Assembly (NCBI GenBank): GCA_951406725.2
Contig: OX597815.1
Location: 204,290,001-204,354,000 of the forward strand
Origin: Octopus vulgaris
Taxonomy: Eukaryota
Direction: 5' to 3'
DNA length: 64,000 nt
Position 1 is the first letter of the stretch. Every line of letters begins with the position of its first letter. Shown in pieces: positions 13,220-27,028 of this stretch. The position numbers and the translations under genes are program-made. The notes under the pieces are model-generated. The model did no database searches. It was not told where the DNA came from and was given only the letters and a program-made list of their open reading frames with translations.

Positions 13220-13446
13220 TACAGGGTAAATGTTTTTTAATTTTCTCCTGGTTTACGGAATTAATGTTATTTTGCGGTTGAAGCTTTGGCTGTTATTTCT
13301 AGTGGGTGAATGGCCTATTATGGCCGTTCCTTGATTGTGATGTTGAACTTATAAATGGTCTATGACTATTTAATTTTTTCCCACTAGGCCGCTGGTGGCA
13401 AAAAAATTCTACAAAATTTTTTTTTTGCCACCCTATATTGATTAAT

Positions 13447-13490
<44 letters not shown>

Positions 13491-14051
13491 GTAGCATAGG
13501 TTAGTTTTTCTACCGAGTCAGCTCCTGTGAACCGTCCGACCCATGCATAGAAGATGGACGTTAAACAATGATGATGATGATGAAGGCGATGATATATATA
13601 GATATGTGTGTGTGTGTGTGTATGTGTGAGTGTATTACACGATTGCATGTATAAAAAGACGCACAGTGATTTGAAAGTTCTATTTTCTGCCTACATATAT
13701 GTGTTCGTGCATATGTGTGTGTGTGTGTGTCTGTCTTTTTACTTCTTAATAAGCTGTTCCAATAGCGATTCTTTACATTCACTCGAATTATCCACTTATG
13801 AGATCTGTCAAGAAGGCCTCTTTAACAATGTTTTATAGTTTTATAGTGACATTTCGTACTTGTTTATTAGTTTATATTCATCTCTTTGAATGTACCTTTG
13901 CATGCATATATATATATATTTTTGCTTTGGCCATCTTCGCTTGGATATAGGTACGTGTATACGAGTCGAGTGATACATATGAATTTGTATATAGACATAT
14001 GCATACACACGGGCGCTCACGCGCACACATGCACACACACACACACGCAGA

Positions 14052-14101
<50 letters not shown>

Positions 14102-14857
14102 TCAACTTTAGATATTCAAAGCGTAAGACCAGAATGAGAAATTGTGACATGATCTGCACATATAAATAATGAACATCTGATTGGAGAATGTCTATCAGTT
14201 AAACGCCCGTCTATTAAAATGCTATTAGCAATTCTTGGGACCGTGGCACTTGCATCATGTGCAAATAAAATTGTGTTTAAAACACTTTAAATTCGAGAAG
14301 AAAGTGTTCTGCAAGACCACTTATTTCACATACAAACCATATTCTGCAAAAGCAATCACGCCGAGTCAGTGTTGCAAATACACGATCAATATTGATGAAA
14401 TTCCTCGAGTTTTACAGAAGTACGCCTGTGTTGTATTGATTATAGTCGAATATATTGCAGGGTTGATTACAGCATATCCTATACATTAAAAGCATTGCGT
14501 TCCAGCTCATATTTTACATCACTATGAACTTCAACCAACTAAATATATGGGGACACCGAGTCCTTTGAGACTTATCAACGTTTTAGGTAAGGCTGCATTT
14601 TATCAACCTTCTTTTAAAATTGTATGCTGAAATCATACTTAGAATATCAAATTATTTGAAATTGCAATAAATACTGTCGAATGAAATCTCCAATTCTCCA
14701 ATCTGAAACCAAAAAAAATGATATAGGGTGCACCGAAAATGCTGGTCTTTTCAAGAAAATAAAAATGTTGACAACTTATCAAATAAACAATTTTCACTAT
14801 TGAATGATAACAAGTGGGACTAATTCTTTCAACTCTGCCCACTTCTTACTGTTGCAG

Positions 14858-14910
14858 AGTGCTTTACAAGCGAGATAAATAGAAAAAGAACCAGCAATGC
14901 GGCGGCTAAA
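14858..14910 (+). other. Candidate 53-nt internal exon of an unidentified gene
   Basis: CTAAT branch-like motif, pyrimidine tract, TTGCAG acceptor, GTAAGC donor; one open frame (CFTSEINRKRTSNAAAK); lies in non-repetitive DNA. Confidence 0.25.
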
Positions 14911-15867
14911 GTAAGCTAACAAAATTGTTTATGGAAGACAGAGATAATTAAAATCAGATATGAAAAAGGTTTTCATAACGCCATGCATAGAGAATGGCGT
15001 TTAAACATAACACTTTTATTTCCAACTAAAATACATTGTTTATACTTTCCAAATAACTACAGCCTTTTCCAGATGCGATCTAATTAAGAGATAATTTTAT
15101 TGTCACAGAATCAGAAAATATTAAATAACTAGACTTAAAACTTGAAGATCCAAATAGTTCTGCATATGCGTTATAGATGTATTGATAGAAGAGTTTAAAG
15201 AGTCTAAATAAAATATCTTTCTCTGGTTCTTTGAGAACTAAAGTTTCAGCGTTGTTACTTGTATGCATAGTAAGTTAATGGATGACACCAATTCTTAATG
15301 ACACATTAAAACTTCGGAATCTGTGCCCTATTTTAGTTAATGCTATCGTATAATCTTAAAATATAGTATATCAGTTACAGCAGTTGAACAAACTAAATTT
15401 CTCAACGGTACATAGTTTTGTGATATCTAAAAATAAAGTTTTAAGTGACAATGGTATTATTGGTATTTGTCCCTCCGTTTGGTTATAGGAATGTAGTTTT
15501 GGTGTGCATTTTAAGTTGTCAGAATGTTAGCCTGCGAGTGACAGCGATCTTTCTCTACGTTTAAGATCTGACAATTAGGTTTGTTTTACACGAGTAGTGT
15601 GTAGTTTCTTGAAATAATAAACGACAGCTATGAGAACTATCATTTGGAATATTTTAGTAGATAGTATGCGTCTTTGTAGCTATTTCTATATTTAGTCTAA
15701 ATCCAGTTATGATTTACTTTAAACTTGCATCTAGGGGCCTCAGTCCTGCCAGTAATGTTTATGTATATAAATGCATTTTTCCATAACCTTGCAATGGTGA
15801 CAGAATTAAGCTACGAGTGCAATCTGTACCAGCATGAGAACTAAAAGTGAGTGAGTGTTGTTTAAAA

Positions 15868-15975
15868 TACAGGTGAGAAACAGAAGTAAGAGTACAGCAG
15901 GGATCACCACCATCCTCTGCCGGAGCCTCGTGGAACTTTAGGTGTTTTCGCTCAATAAACACTCACAACGCCCGA
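15868..15975 (-). mobile_element. SINE family C fragment
   Basis: Reverse complement of the 26810-26900 segment (GGGCGTTGTGAGTGTTTATTGAGCGAAAACACC). Confidence 0.75.
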
Positions 15976-16006
15976 GTGTCTTTATTACCTACGTAGGCAA
16001 AATGAG

Positions 16007-18112
16007 TTTATTTACCCAGAAATTGTGTTCATGCCAACTCGGGTTAAGGTGGTCTAATCAGCGGGTAATGATTTGAAGCTCACTAGCAGCACATAATTGG
16101 TGGCAACAGCATAATAGATCATTTTTTCTCTGGATGGCACGCATAGCCTGTTGCAACATGTGCAGTTTCTCCCGGGGGCAGAGTTGAAAATGAGGAAAGG
16201 GCGTATGATTAGTGAAGGTTTTATTAAGGATACTTCATAAGATGAAGGGTGAATAGTTTTCATAGTCTCCAGATAACGCAGAGAGTTGAAGTTTTCTCAC
16301 TCCCTGCAGCTGAAGAGGTGATAATGTGTAACTCTTCTTTTGAAATCATTGGCTGCCATATCCCTTTCCTATTTCGTGATACCATTGGACAGTGTTAGGA
16401 TAGCTCTATAATACACAGTCTTTGAGATGTGTAATTTACCATGTAAGCAAATGGTGAATTTTCAGGAATTACAGACTGGGTTTCTAATGGAGATTTTTAC
16501 CACTGCATTTTTGTTCGACTTGCACGAATAGCTAACTTTAACGTTTATAAGCTTGTAAAAACTGTATGCTAATACGTGAGAAGTGCTGTCAAATTAGATC
16601 CAGAAATCTCCCAGATAAAGTGTTAAGTTTTACGCATCCATATTGAAATCTCTTCAGAAAGCTTCGAGGGAAAATTAGAACATCGATATCAGAATAATCT
16701 AGGAAGTCGCTCATGTTTTATATGTATACAACATAGTAAAACGAAAGCGAACCTGCTGATTGGACGTCGAGGATGTTACGGCCTCTATTTTCGTCAGGTT
16801 ATTCACGCTGTGTACTCAAAAAATGTGCACATCCACACGGTTCGATCGTGTATAGGGACGACGGCCAAGCAGTTTCGAACGATATGAACGATCACGCTAT
16901 GTTAATTTTAAAGAAGTATCTTATAAATATCTTTAAAAAATTCGGCCTGCATATAACTGTTGCTATCAATTTACCAACGATCAACTTACTGAGTGTCACT
17001 CTAAACCACAAGACAAGCAAATACTATCCGTAGACAACCAAGGGTAGAGTAACAATGAAACTGTTTCTATCCATAGGTATTCCAATGATCATCCGGCTGT
17101 AATTAGAAACCAAGTCAGAAGCAGTTGCAACAGAATCTTCAGACTATCAGCGGACAAAGTGAGATCTTCAATGGGGGCCGCATTCCATTATAACACGACA
17201 CATAGTGGCTAAATCGATAAGTTAGTAAATTTAGAAGATCCACACGCCCCTGTAAACCCGAATGGAGTTTGGAAGAGAAGGGCAGTTTGGTCGAATTTTG
17301 CATTCAGTCGAGATATATAAGTACACTAGCATAGCTAGAAACGTCCTCTCCCTAATTAGAAAGGTTTTCCATAAGTATCGTACCATTGATAATGCCCATA
17401 CCGTGTAGGTTATCAGCTTATATTTAACTAATATCGCTTCTAAGATCCTATACCACAAGAGAACAGCAAGGTACAGACAGATTCCACCCCATACCACAAT
17501 TACTGCAATTCCTATTTGCCAATTAAATAGATGCTGCAACTTAAAAGCTGTTATTTATAGCGCTACTTTCACACCATATAAGGGTATCACAAGTATCTAA
17601 CATTCAACGATTGAAAGGAAATTTTACCCAGCGTCAGCGCTCCTCCGGGTATGAGAATTGGGAAAACTTTACCTCCAAGTCTAATTCACAAAGACTGTGA
17701 ATTATAGAGCTATCCTAACACTGTCCAATGGTATCACGAAATATGAAAGGGATATGAAAGGCAGCCAATGATTTCAAAGGAAGAGTTACACATTATCACT
17801 TCTTCAACTGCAGGGACTGAGAAAACTTCAACTCTCTGCGTTATCTGGAGACTATGAAAACTATTCACCCATCATCTTATGAAGTATCCTTAATAAAACC
17901 TTCACTAATCATACGCCCTTTCCTTATTTTCAACTCTTCCTCCGGGAGAAACTGCACATGTTGCAACAGGCTCTGCATGCCACCCAGAGAAAAATAGACC
18001 TATTATGCTGTTGCCACCAATTATATGTGCTGCTAATGAGCTTCAAAGCATTACCCGCTGATTAGACCACCTTTACTCGAGTTAGCATGAACACAATTTC
18101 TGGGTAAATAAA
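16007..18112 (+). mobile_element. Decayed PLE (RT and GIY-YIG remnants) bounded by ~405-bp inverted repeats
   Basis: ORF 16773-17033 YRDDG...IFKKFGLHIT...NLLSVTLN...YYP; 16007-16412 is the reverse complement of 17701-18112. Confidence 0.75.
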
Positions 18113-18544
18113 CACACTCCGAGACCATGGAAACTACTACCGCAACATCATATTCTCTCACTACTTATCTGCAGTTCGCAATTTTCACATTTGCCTCCGT
18201 GTAAAATTACATATATTGCAACAACATGCAAACCCATTAACAGAGAAACTGACGTATTATATTGCTGTCACCAAAGATTTACCCTGTTGTTGAACTACAA
18301 ACTATTACCCGTTGATACTCAGAAAAGACTACCTTAACCTTGGTTGGTTGACCTATGACAATTGTTGGATAAACAATCCCAGATTCCCCACGGTGAGATT
18401 ATTTCCCTTCCACATGTTATCGTTGTGGCCTATCAGTGCTTAGTTAGAAATACATCACGCTCACATTAATACGTGACGTCCCAGGAAGTATGCAAACTGA
18501 TACATCCAGAAAGGTTACTTCGACTCGACCTGACATCCTTGAAT

Positions 18545-19956
18545 ACTCTTTTACTTGTCCATTGATCTCATTTGACACGGACGGCCATGCTAAACGAACT
18601 CAAAAGAAAGACATAGTCGAGCTTATAATCTATACTCTTTACTCATTTTAAAACTCTTAAGTTATCATTGTTATCAGTACATTTGACTAAAACTTTTATA
18701 TAGACACCGCCTTTTATAGTCGTAGCAAATGGCTGCGTTCTTTACTTGCTTTACTCATTTTACTTGTTTCAGCCCCATTGCGTGGCACCTACGGCCAAGT
18801 GTCTAGACTACCATGCTAGTCAAGCAAATCTATACTCTTGATGACGACTACGGCGGTGGCAATGGTGATGATGGCTTGTTTCAACGTCATTTGACTTCAG
18901 TTCTCCATGCTGCGAGCACCACCTTTAGTCAGAGCAAATCTAAAGATCTTTACTCGCATACTCTAGGAGTGGCTTGTTTCAGTCAGCTTTGACTGCGAAC
19001 CACATGCTGAGTTCACCGTCCACTGCGTCGAGCAAATCGACCCCGGGACTTAGTGTCTTTTGTATAGCCCAGTACTTATTCTATCGGTCTCTTTTTACCA
19101 AAGACATTTAAGTAGACAGGGACATAAACACAACAGCATCGTATATATGTCAAGCAATGGTATGGGGACACTAACACACACACAATGAGGATATAGTGAA
19201 ATACATATATCCACGACGGGCTATCTTTCAGTTTCCTAGTCTGACAAATCCACTCACAGAGCTACAACTGACTCTTTGATGACTATAGATAGAAAATCAG
19301 AGGGCATCGATGATTGATTACATCAGTACAGACTGAACCCGGAAGACGACGTAATAAAGGCTATAGCAAGCTACTTACACACAGCCACAGTCCCGATGCG
19401 ATCTATATTTACTTCTAAAAGTATTGAATCTCAAGAGAGTCATTCTAGCAAGACAAACAGCCTGCTGAATTCCTCATTTCAGAGCTTTGCAAATATTATC
19501 AGTTTTTCTGAAAACTGAAAGAAGGTAAATATGCCCTACTCATAAAGGAGGTGGCAGAGCGAGGTCAAATAATCCGTCAGTTCTTATCTTTAAAATAGAC
19601 ATCTGCATGGTCATTGGTTTTATTACCTTAAACAGGACATTAACAATTTGCCTTGAAGAAAATGACTTGTACATCACCCAACATGGTTTCCGACACAGGA
19701 CATAGCTGCTTAACTCGGCGTCCATACATCACTATGTGATATGGATTTCCTAGTTTATCAACAGCTCAGATTAACTGTGAGACTATACAGACTTTGGAAA
19801 GGCTTTGATATATTAGTTACGAACGTACAAATAGATGTTAACTAAAAGTCGTGAAAATAAGCAGAGACGTTTAGGACAAACGTATGAAAATGGCTTCATG
19901 GACAATCTTGAAAGGATTAGATTTCTGCAGGTGGTTTGTGTTAACACTTCCATTTG

Positions 19957-19995
<39 letters not shown>

Positions 19996-20660
19996 CTCTC
20001 TCTCTCTCTTTCTCTCTTTCTCTCTCACAGCCACGCAGAGAGCCACGATAACGGGAAGCTTTATGAAAATAGACAAAAGCCACGAAGGCAATACAGAACT
20101 CTGAAACAAGACTATGCACCTGCAATGGCGCTCAGGAAATATAACATAAAATATGAAAATAATAGCATGCAGTTTCGATGCCTACGCTCTTCAACAGAAA
20201 GATACTATCAGCATGCAGAAAAACGAAATGCACAGAAAGAAGGACTGAGAAAAAAAAATAGACTGCAGTAACTAACAGGGATTGCAATCCCAGAGGCGAT
20301 AATATATACCTGTGTATGTATATATATATGAGTGATGATATACCTTTCATGTGCATATATATGATATATGTATGTATGTATATATATATATGTGTGTGCT
20401 GTGTGTATGTGTGTATAAAAATATAGAACAATAGACCATGCGCCCTTTTAAAGCATGATGAAGTCCTCATGGGCCCGGTTGTCCCGGTTTCTATAGTGAC
20501 TATGTGTTCCCCAGCCATGGCCACGGGACTGTAGTCCAGTCGTCAAGCGTTACTCAGAACTTTTTGCCAGGCTGAGTGGACAACGGAAGCTACACGTGAA
20601 ATGAAGATAGCTTGTGCTGCAAGAACACTACCACACAAGCCACGCGCCCACACACACATA
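18545..20660. repeat. Indel-riddled duplicate of 22478-23945
   Basis: Collinear anchors such as AATAATCCGTCAGTTCTTA, TTTAGGACAAACGTATGAAAATG and CATGGGCCCGGTT occur in both copies. Confidence 0.8.
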
Positions 20661-20741
20661 TATATATATATAAGACTATATTCCTATATAGCGTATATAT
20701 ATATATATATCATATATATATATATATATATATGGATATAT

Positions 20742-20780
<39 letters not shown>

Positions 20781-20905
20781 ACACAAGTGTGTGAACTGGG
20801 CGCCACCGCATAGTGCTATACTCCATATATATATCATATATATATATATATATATATGATATATATATATATATCATATATATATATATATATATACCTG
20901 CATAT

Positions 20906-20936
<31 letters not shown>

Positions 20937-20938
20937 CT

Positions 20939-21145
<207 letters not shown>

Positions 21146-21318
21146 AGGTGCAGATGAGGCAGCTGCACGAACTCTCTCATGCACCAAATGGCAATTGCTA
21201 AAAAGCATTCTTGAAGTAAAATCATGCAGAAACACCAAATGGTGGTGCCCCAGCATGGCTACAGCTCGTGAGCTGAAACTAGATAAAATAAAAAATAAAA
21301 TAGATAAAAATAAAATAA

Positions 21319-21379
<61 letters not shown>

Positions 21380-21608
21380 TATGATATATATATATATATA
21401 TATATATACGTTCCCGTATATATATATATATATATATATATACTGATATATATATAGTACTATATATATATATATATATAAGTCCTGGGATCGACTATAT
21501 GGTGCTGATGCATATACTCAGGTACCCTCATATACGGGTATATGATGGTATATATATATATATATATATATATAACCCAATGCCACTTTGGTGGTATATA
21601 TATATCAT

Positions 21609-21766
<158 letters not shown>

Positions 21767-21799
21767 AAAGAAAAAGAAAAAGAAAGCATGTGAATAGTA

Positions 21800-22060
21800 A
21801 AGGTCGTGCCTATAAAATGTGTGTTGAACAGCAAGGAAAGATAGACAAATGACTGTTAGGATTGAAATAGAATGCCCGGTAGTGCCTGTACAGAAAGCTT
21901 GTCTTCTAGGGACAGCAAAAATATATCAGGAGGCACTATGATATAACAGCTGTAAACATGTAGATACGTATAGGTATACAAGTAGTAACCAGCTACCCAC
22001 ATATATATACTAACAGGATATAAGTCCTAACCTGCACCAACCAAAAATAATAATGATAAA
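21800..22060 (+). mobile_element. 3' end of an RLE-type (R4/Dong-like) LINE
   Basis: CAGAAAGCTTGTCTTCTAGGGACAGCAAAA = QKACLLGTAK, typical of the R4-clade C-terminus; ATAATAATGATAA tail. Confidence 0.55.
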
Positions 22061-22257
22061 AATATGAATTAAAAGGACATTTTTGTTCAAAACATCTTTG
22101 CCCAAGTTTCCTATAATTTTGCTATATATATATTTATATAAATATATAGTCCATTTTATGAAATTACATAAAATATATATCACATAATCAAACGATTTCG
22201 CCAGATATATTTGATATATAGGTATATATAGTGATATATATATATATATATCGATAT

Positions 22258-22329
<72 letters not shown>

Positions 22330-22454
22330 AATATATATATATATATAACTCATATCAGCTATATATATATATACTCATATATAGATATATATGGGATATA
22401 TATGTGATATATATATATATATGATATATATGGCATATATATATATATATCAGC

Positions 22455-22964
22455 TGCCACCTTTAGTCGAGCAAATCTATACTCTTTACTCTTTACTCTT
22501 TTACTTGTTTCAGTCATTTGACTGCGGCCATGCTGGAGCACCGCCTTTAGTCGAGCAAATCTATACTCTTTACTCTTTTACTCTTTTACTTGTTTCAGTC
22601 ATTTGACTGCGGCCATGCTGGAGCACCGCCTTTAGTCGAGCAAATCGACCCCGGGACTTATTCTTTTGTAAGCCCAGTACTTATTCTATCGGTCTCTTTT
22701 TACCGAACCGCTAAGTAACGGGGACATAAACACAACAGCATCGGTTGTCAAGCAATGGTAGGGGGGACAAACACACACACGCATATATATATATGTACAT
22801 ATATACGACGGGCTTCTTTCAGTTTCCGTCTACCAAATCCACTCACAAGACTTTGGTCGGCCCGAGGCTATAGTAGAAAGACACTTGCCCAAGGTGCCAC
22901 GCAGTGGGACTGAACCCGGAACCATGTGGTTGGTAAACAAGCTACTTACCACACAGACACTCCT
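22455..22964 (-). mobile_element. SINE family A with tandemly duplicated 3' tail
   Basis: Full reverse copy; the tail block TACTCTTT...GCCTTTAGTCGAGCAAATC is repeated at ~85-bp period. Confidence 0.9.
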
Positions 22965-23393
22965 GGATTTCATTTCTTAAATATTATCAGTTTTTTCTAC
23001 TTTCAAAGAGAATATTTACTCTAATACTCCAACTAAATAATCCGTCAGTTCTTACTTTAAATTGACTTTCATAGCGTTGGTTTATTACCTTAAACAGGAC
23101 ATTAACAATTTGCCTGTCTTGTACATCACGTATGATACACAGGACATATTTCCTCGGCGTCCATACATCATATGTGATACACATTCCTAGTTTATCAACA
23201 GCCAGATTAACTTGAGACTTACGAAAGGAAAGCTGTATATTAGTTACAGCGTATAAAACAAGGGTTAACTAAAAGTCTGAAAACAAGCACGGACGTTTAG
23301 GACAAACGTATGAAAATGCTTTGGACAATCAGAAAGATTAGATTTCTGCAGTGGTTTGTGTTACACCCTTTGCACTCTCTCTCTCTATATATA

Positions 23394-23444
<51 letters not shown>

Positions 23445-23459
23445 ATGTATGTATATAAT

Positions 23460-23680
23460 ATATAACGGGAAGCTTTATGAAAATAGACAAAAGACGAAGG
23501 CAGGTGGGAAACAAACAAACAATTGTATTAGTATGGCGCTCAGGAAATATAAATAAAATAAAATTTAACGTTTCGAGCCTACGCTCTTCAACAGAAAGAT
23601 ACACAGAGAGAAAAAAAAACACAGAAAGAAGGAGAGAAAAAAAAATGCGTGCAGTAACTAACGAATCAACATGGCGATAA
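23460..23680 (-). mobile_element. PLE pseudo-LTR fragment with hammerhead-like motif
   Basis: Homologous to 9500-9680 and 49540-49690; motif at 23564-23599. Confidence 0.65.
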
Positions 23681-23694
23681 TATATATGTGTATG

Positions 23695-23727
<33 letters not shown>

Positions 23728-23779
23728 GTATATATATATATGTGTGTGTGTGTGTATGTGTATAAAAATATAAAAATAA

Positions 23780-23939
23780 ATGCGCCCTTTTAAAGCCTAG
23801 CCAGGCCCATGGGCCCGGTTTCCCGGTTTCTATAGGGTATGTGTTCCCCAGCTGGACGGGACTGTAGTTCATCGCAGCGTTACTCATTTTTGCCAGCTGA
23901 GTGGACTGGAGCAACGTGAAATGAAGTGTTGTGCTCAAG

Positions 23940-23943
<4 letters not shown>
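23780..23943 (-). mobile_element. SINE family D fragment (CORE-like body)
   Basis: Reverse complement TTGCTCCAGTCCACTCAGCTGGCAAAAATGAGTA is shared with 57532-57780. Confidence 0.7.
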
Positions 23944-24018
<75 letters not shown>

Positions 24019-24139
24019 TAACCGCGAGAACCGAGGTTCTTTAAGTAGTAGAAATGCTAAGAAATTTTTTTTTGGCTGCTATTTCTACTAAGTTCAGTAT
24101 GTGGCAAAGTGATTTATTTTACTAAGCCCTAATTATATA

Positions 24140-24203
<64 letters not shown>

Positions 24204-25076
24204 GTTGACATGGATGGCGCTCTAACAAAAACTTAACTTCTAATTCTTGCCTTAGTTTTTTCAATAAATGATGCTCATAACATTCGACGTGACTGGCAAT
24301 ACTAAAAAATCTGTTAACATAAGGATTCCATCCCTTTCCGATCTAAGCTCACACCCATTAAAGAAGTTCAAGTTAGTACTGCAAGCCAAAAAAAAGAAAA
24401 AAAAAGATATTCCGTAACTTTTCAGTACTGTCACCTCTATAAATAGAGGTATATCCGTCAGTTAGTAAACAGATATGGATAAGTTGGCGAGCGGCAGAAA
24501 GTACCGTGCACTGGTGATAGTTTAACCCCACACTTAGTGATTTTCAGTTAGTTCCTTTGTAACACACAGTGACTTTTTTTTTATGTTCATAAATGAATGA
24601 AAAATAAATTAGGTAAATGAATTATTGCAAAAACAAAAAACAATCAAAATTGAATATGCGTAACTATTCGCACAGTAATGATTTCCAATTATATTCTGTT
24701 TTTGAGTGATCACTATGAATTAGATTCAATCTATAATTATTTTATATCATTTTTGTATTTAATGCTCTTGTGGAAATTTTTGAACAGCACACAATCGTAT
24801 TTCCTTTCGTTTATAAAACCAACTTTGTTTCCTAAATTATTTATAAGTTCAGATTTGTTTGTTTAATTTAAAAACAAAATGCTTCATTTTCGCTATTTTG
24901 GTTCACTTAGTTGTACTTATTATAATTTGGTATTTAGCACTTTTACTGTTCTAATCAATATGAGCACTTTAAAAAGCATTCGGTTATCTTGCAGTACTGA
25001 GTTCGCATCCCAGTATGATTAGAGCTTCGCATCCCAGCATGAGTAGAAAGAATTCCTTGGGAGAAGTAAATAAATA

Positions 25077-25474
25077 GGCGCAGGAGTGGCTGTGTGGTAA
25101 GTAGCTTGCTAACCAACCACATGGTTCCGGGTCCAGTCCCACTGCGTGGCATCTTGGGCAAGTGTCTTCTACTATAGCCTCGGGCCGACCAATGCCTTGT
25201 GAGTGGATTTGGTAGACGGAAACTGAAAGAAGCCTGTCGTATATATGTATATATATGTATATATGTGTATGTGTGTGTGTTTGTCCCCCTAGCATTGCTT
25301 GACAATCGATGCTGGTGCGTTTACGTCCCCGTCACTTAGCGGTTCGGCAAAAGAGACCGATAGAATAAGTACTGGGCTTACAAATAATAAGTCCCGGGGT
25401 CGATTTGCTCGACTAAAGGCGGTGCTCCAGCATGGCCGCAGTCAAAAATGACTGAAACAAGTAAAAGAGAGAGA
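25077..25474 (+). mobile_element. SINE family A, full length
   Basis: GGCGCAGGAGTGGCTGTGTGGTAAG head through GTAAAAGAG tail. Confidence 0.92.
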
Positions 25475-26197
25475 CAGTAAAGCATTCAGTTTTACCATTT
25501 TAAATGTCTAAAATTTAAATTTTTGAATCTAAAGTATAATATTCTTTTCATCTTATCAAAAGAACTTTTTAGAATAAAACTCTTTCCTTTCGTGAAATTT
25601 AAAGCGGTTTTTTTTTTTTTTTTTGTATAACATTTGCATAGAAATGCTTGTAGATACCTCATACACTTCAGTTACTTATAAAGATTTGTGAGTGTCTAAA
25701 TGTGCGTGTGTAAATTTTCGAGTGTCTGTGTCTATGTAGGTATGAGAAGACTCTAAGTCGACCACAAACAAATTACCAAGATATTTCTTTAGTCATGAGG
25801 TTTAGAGTCACTTATAATGTAGCGCCATGCAACCAGCAATAAAACAAGCATCAAGCAACCACTTAGTTTGTTGAGAATTACAAAAACAAAGTAGAATAGA
25901 ACTAATGAGAAACTAAAATATATAAGACGATAAATGCAAAAGGAATTGAGATTATGTCTATGATTGAAGGAAGAATGAAAACAGCTCCATAAAAATGTTC
26001 GAAGAAAGTAAACTATTTGAGTAGAAACTCTTCTTACTAGGGGGCGGCTGTAACAGGCACAGAATGTGGTTAATAAACCTTAACAGAATGAAAACGAGGT
26101 AATCGTTCGGCGAAACAACTCCCAGGGTATAGCACTGTCAATGCGTTGATGTATGCATATAAGTAGGTATATGTGAGAATATATTTGCACTTATATA

Positions 26198-26428
26198 TAT
26201 TTCTTTACTACCCACAAGGGGCTAAACACAGAGGAGACAAACAAGGACAGACAAACGGATTAAGTCGATTACATCGACCCCAGTGCGTAACTGGTACTTA
26301 ATTTATCGACCCCGGGAGGATGAAAGGCAAAGTCGACCTCGGCGGAATTTGAACTCGGAACTTAACGGCAGACGAAATACGGCTACGCATTTCGCCCGGC
26401 GTGCTAACGTTTCTGCCAGCGCGCCGCC
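26198..26428 (-). mobile_element. SINE family B monomer
   Basis: Full head to tail; TSD TTTGCACTTRTATA on both sides. Confidence 0.9.
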
Positions 26429-26735
26429 TTTGCACTTGTATAATGAGTACATACATCTCTTTCGTACACAAAGTGTATGATTATTTTTCTCAGTATGTTT
26501 TGCGTCCACGCCATATATACACGCTTGATTCTGTGAATATACACATTCTAGGTAACTCAATGGAGAATCTATTCATATCTTTGCTGCAACAAATCTTTGC
26601 TGTTATCAATTTGATGCTTAGGGTGTGAAACATTTCGTTTCGTTCTTTCTTGGAAAATCATAGAACTTTCAGGATGTTGTACAAATATGTACTTGCATAG
26701 CAAAGCACAACTGTGATAGTAGGTATAAATGAAAA

Positions 26736-27028
26736 GGAGGCGCAACGGCCCAGTGGTTAGGGTAGCGGACTCGCGGTCGTGGGATCGCGGTTTCGATTCC
26801 CAGACCGGGCGTTGTGAGTGTTTATTGAGCGAAAACACCTAAAAGCTCCACGAGGCTCCGGCGGGGATGGTGGTGATCCCTGCTGTACTCTTTCACCACT
26901 CTTTCTTCTGTTGGCCTGCTTGCTTAGCCAGCGGGGTGGCGTCATTCGAAGGCTAAAACAATGCGAACGCATTGTGACCAGCGATGTGTAACTACATCTG
27001 ATGGACTGGTCGGTCACGTGATCACGTG
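26736..27028 (+). mobile_element. tRNA-derived SINE family C flanked by ~296-bp direct repeats
   Basis: Head GGCGCAACGGCCCAGTGGTTAGG...GGTTTCGATTCCC; tail CACGTGATCACGTG; flanks 26440-26735 and 27029-27324. Confidence 0.9.

Larger units (their letters stand above)
11205..13449. repeat. ~489-bp hammerhead-containing tandem array with internal inversion (retrozyme-like)
   Basis: Units start at 11205, 11695, 12184, 12673 (last one partial); reverse-complement copy 12811-13449; (TA)n on both flanks. Confidence 0.92.

Noticed and set aside
26736-26810. tRNA gene (also the heads at 25077 and 57532)
   Set aside because: The tRNA-like heads continue into SINE bodies with no clean cloverleaf or terminator
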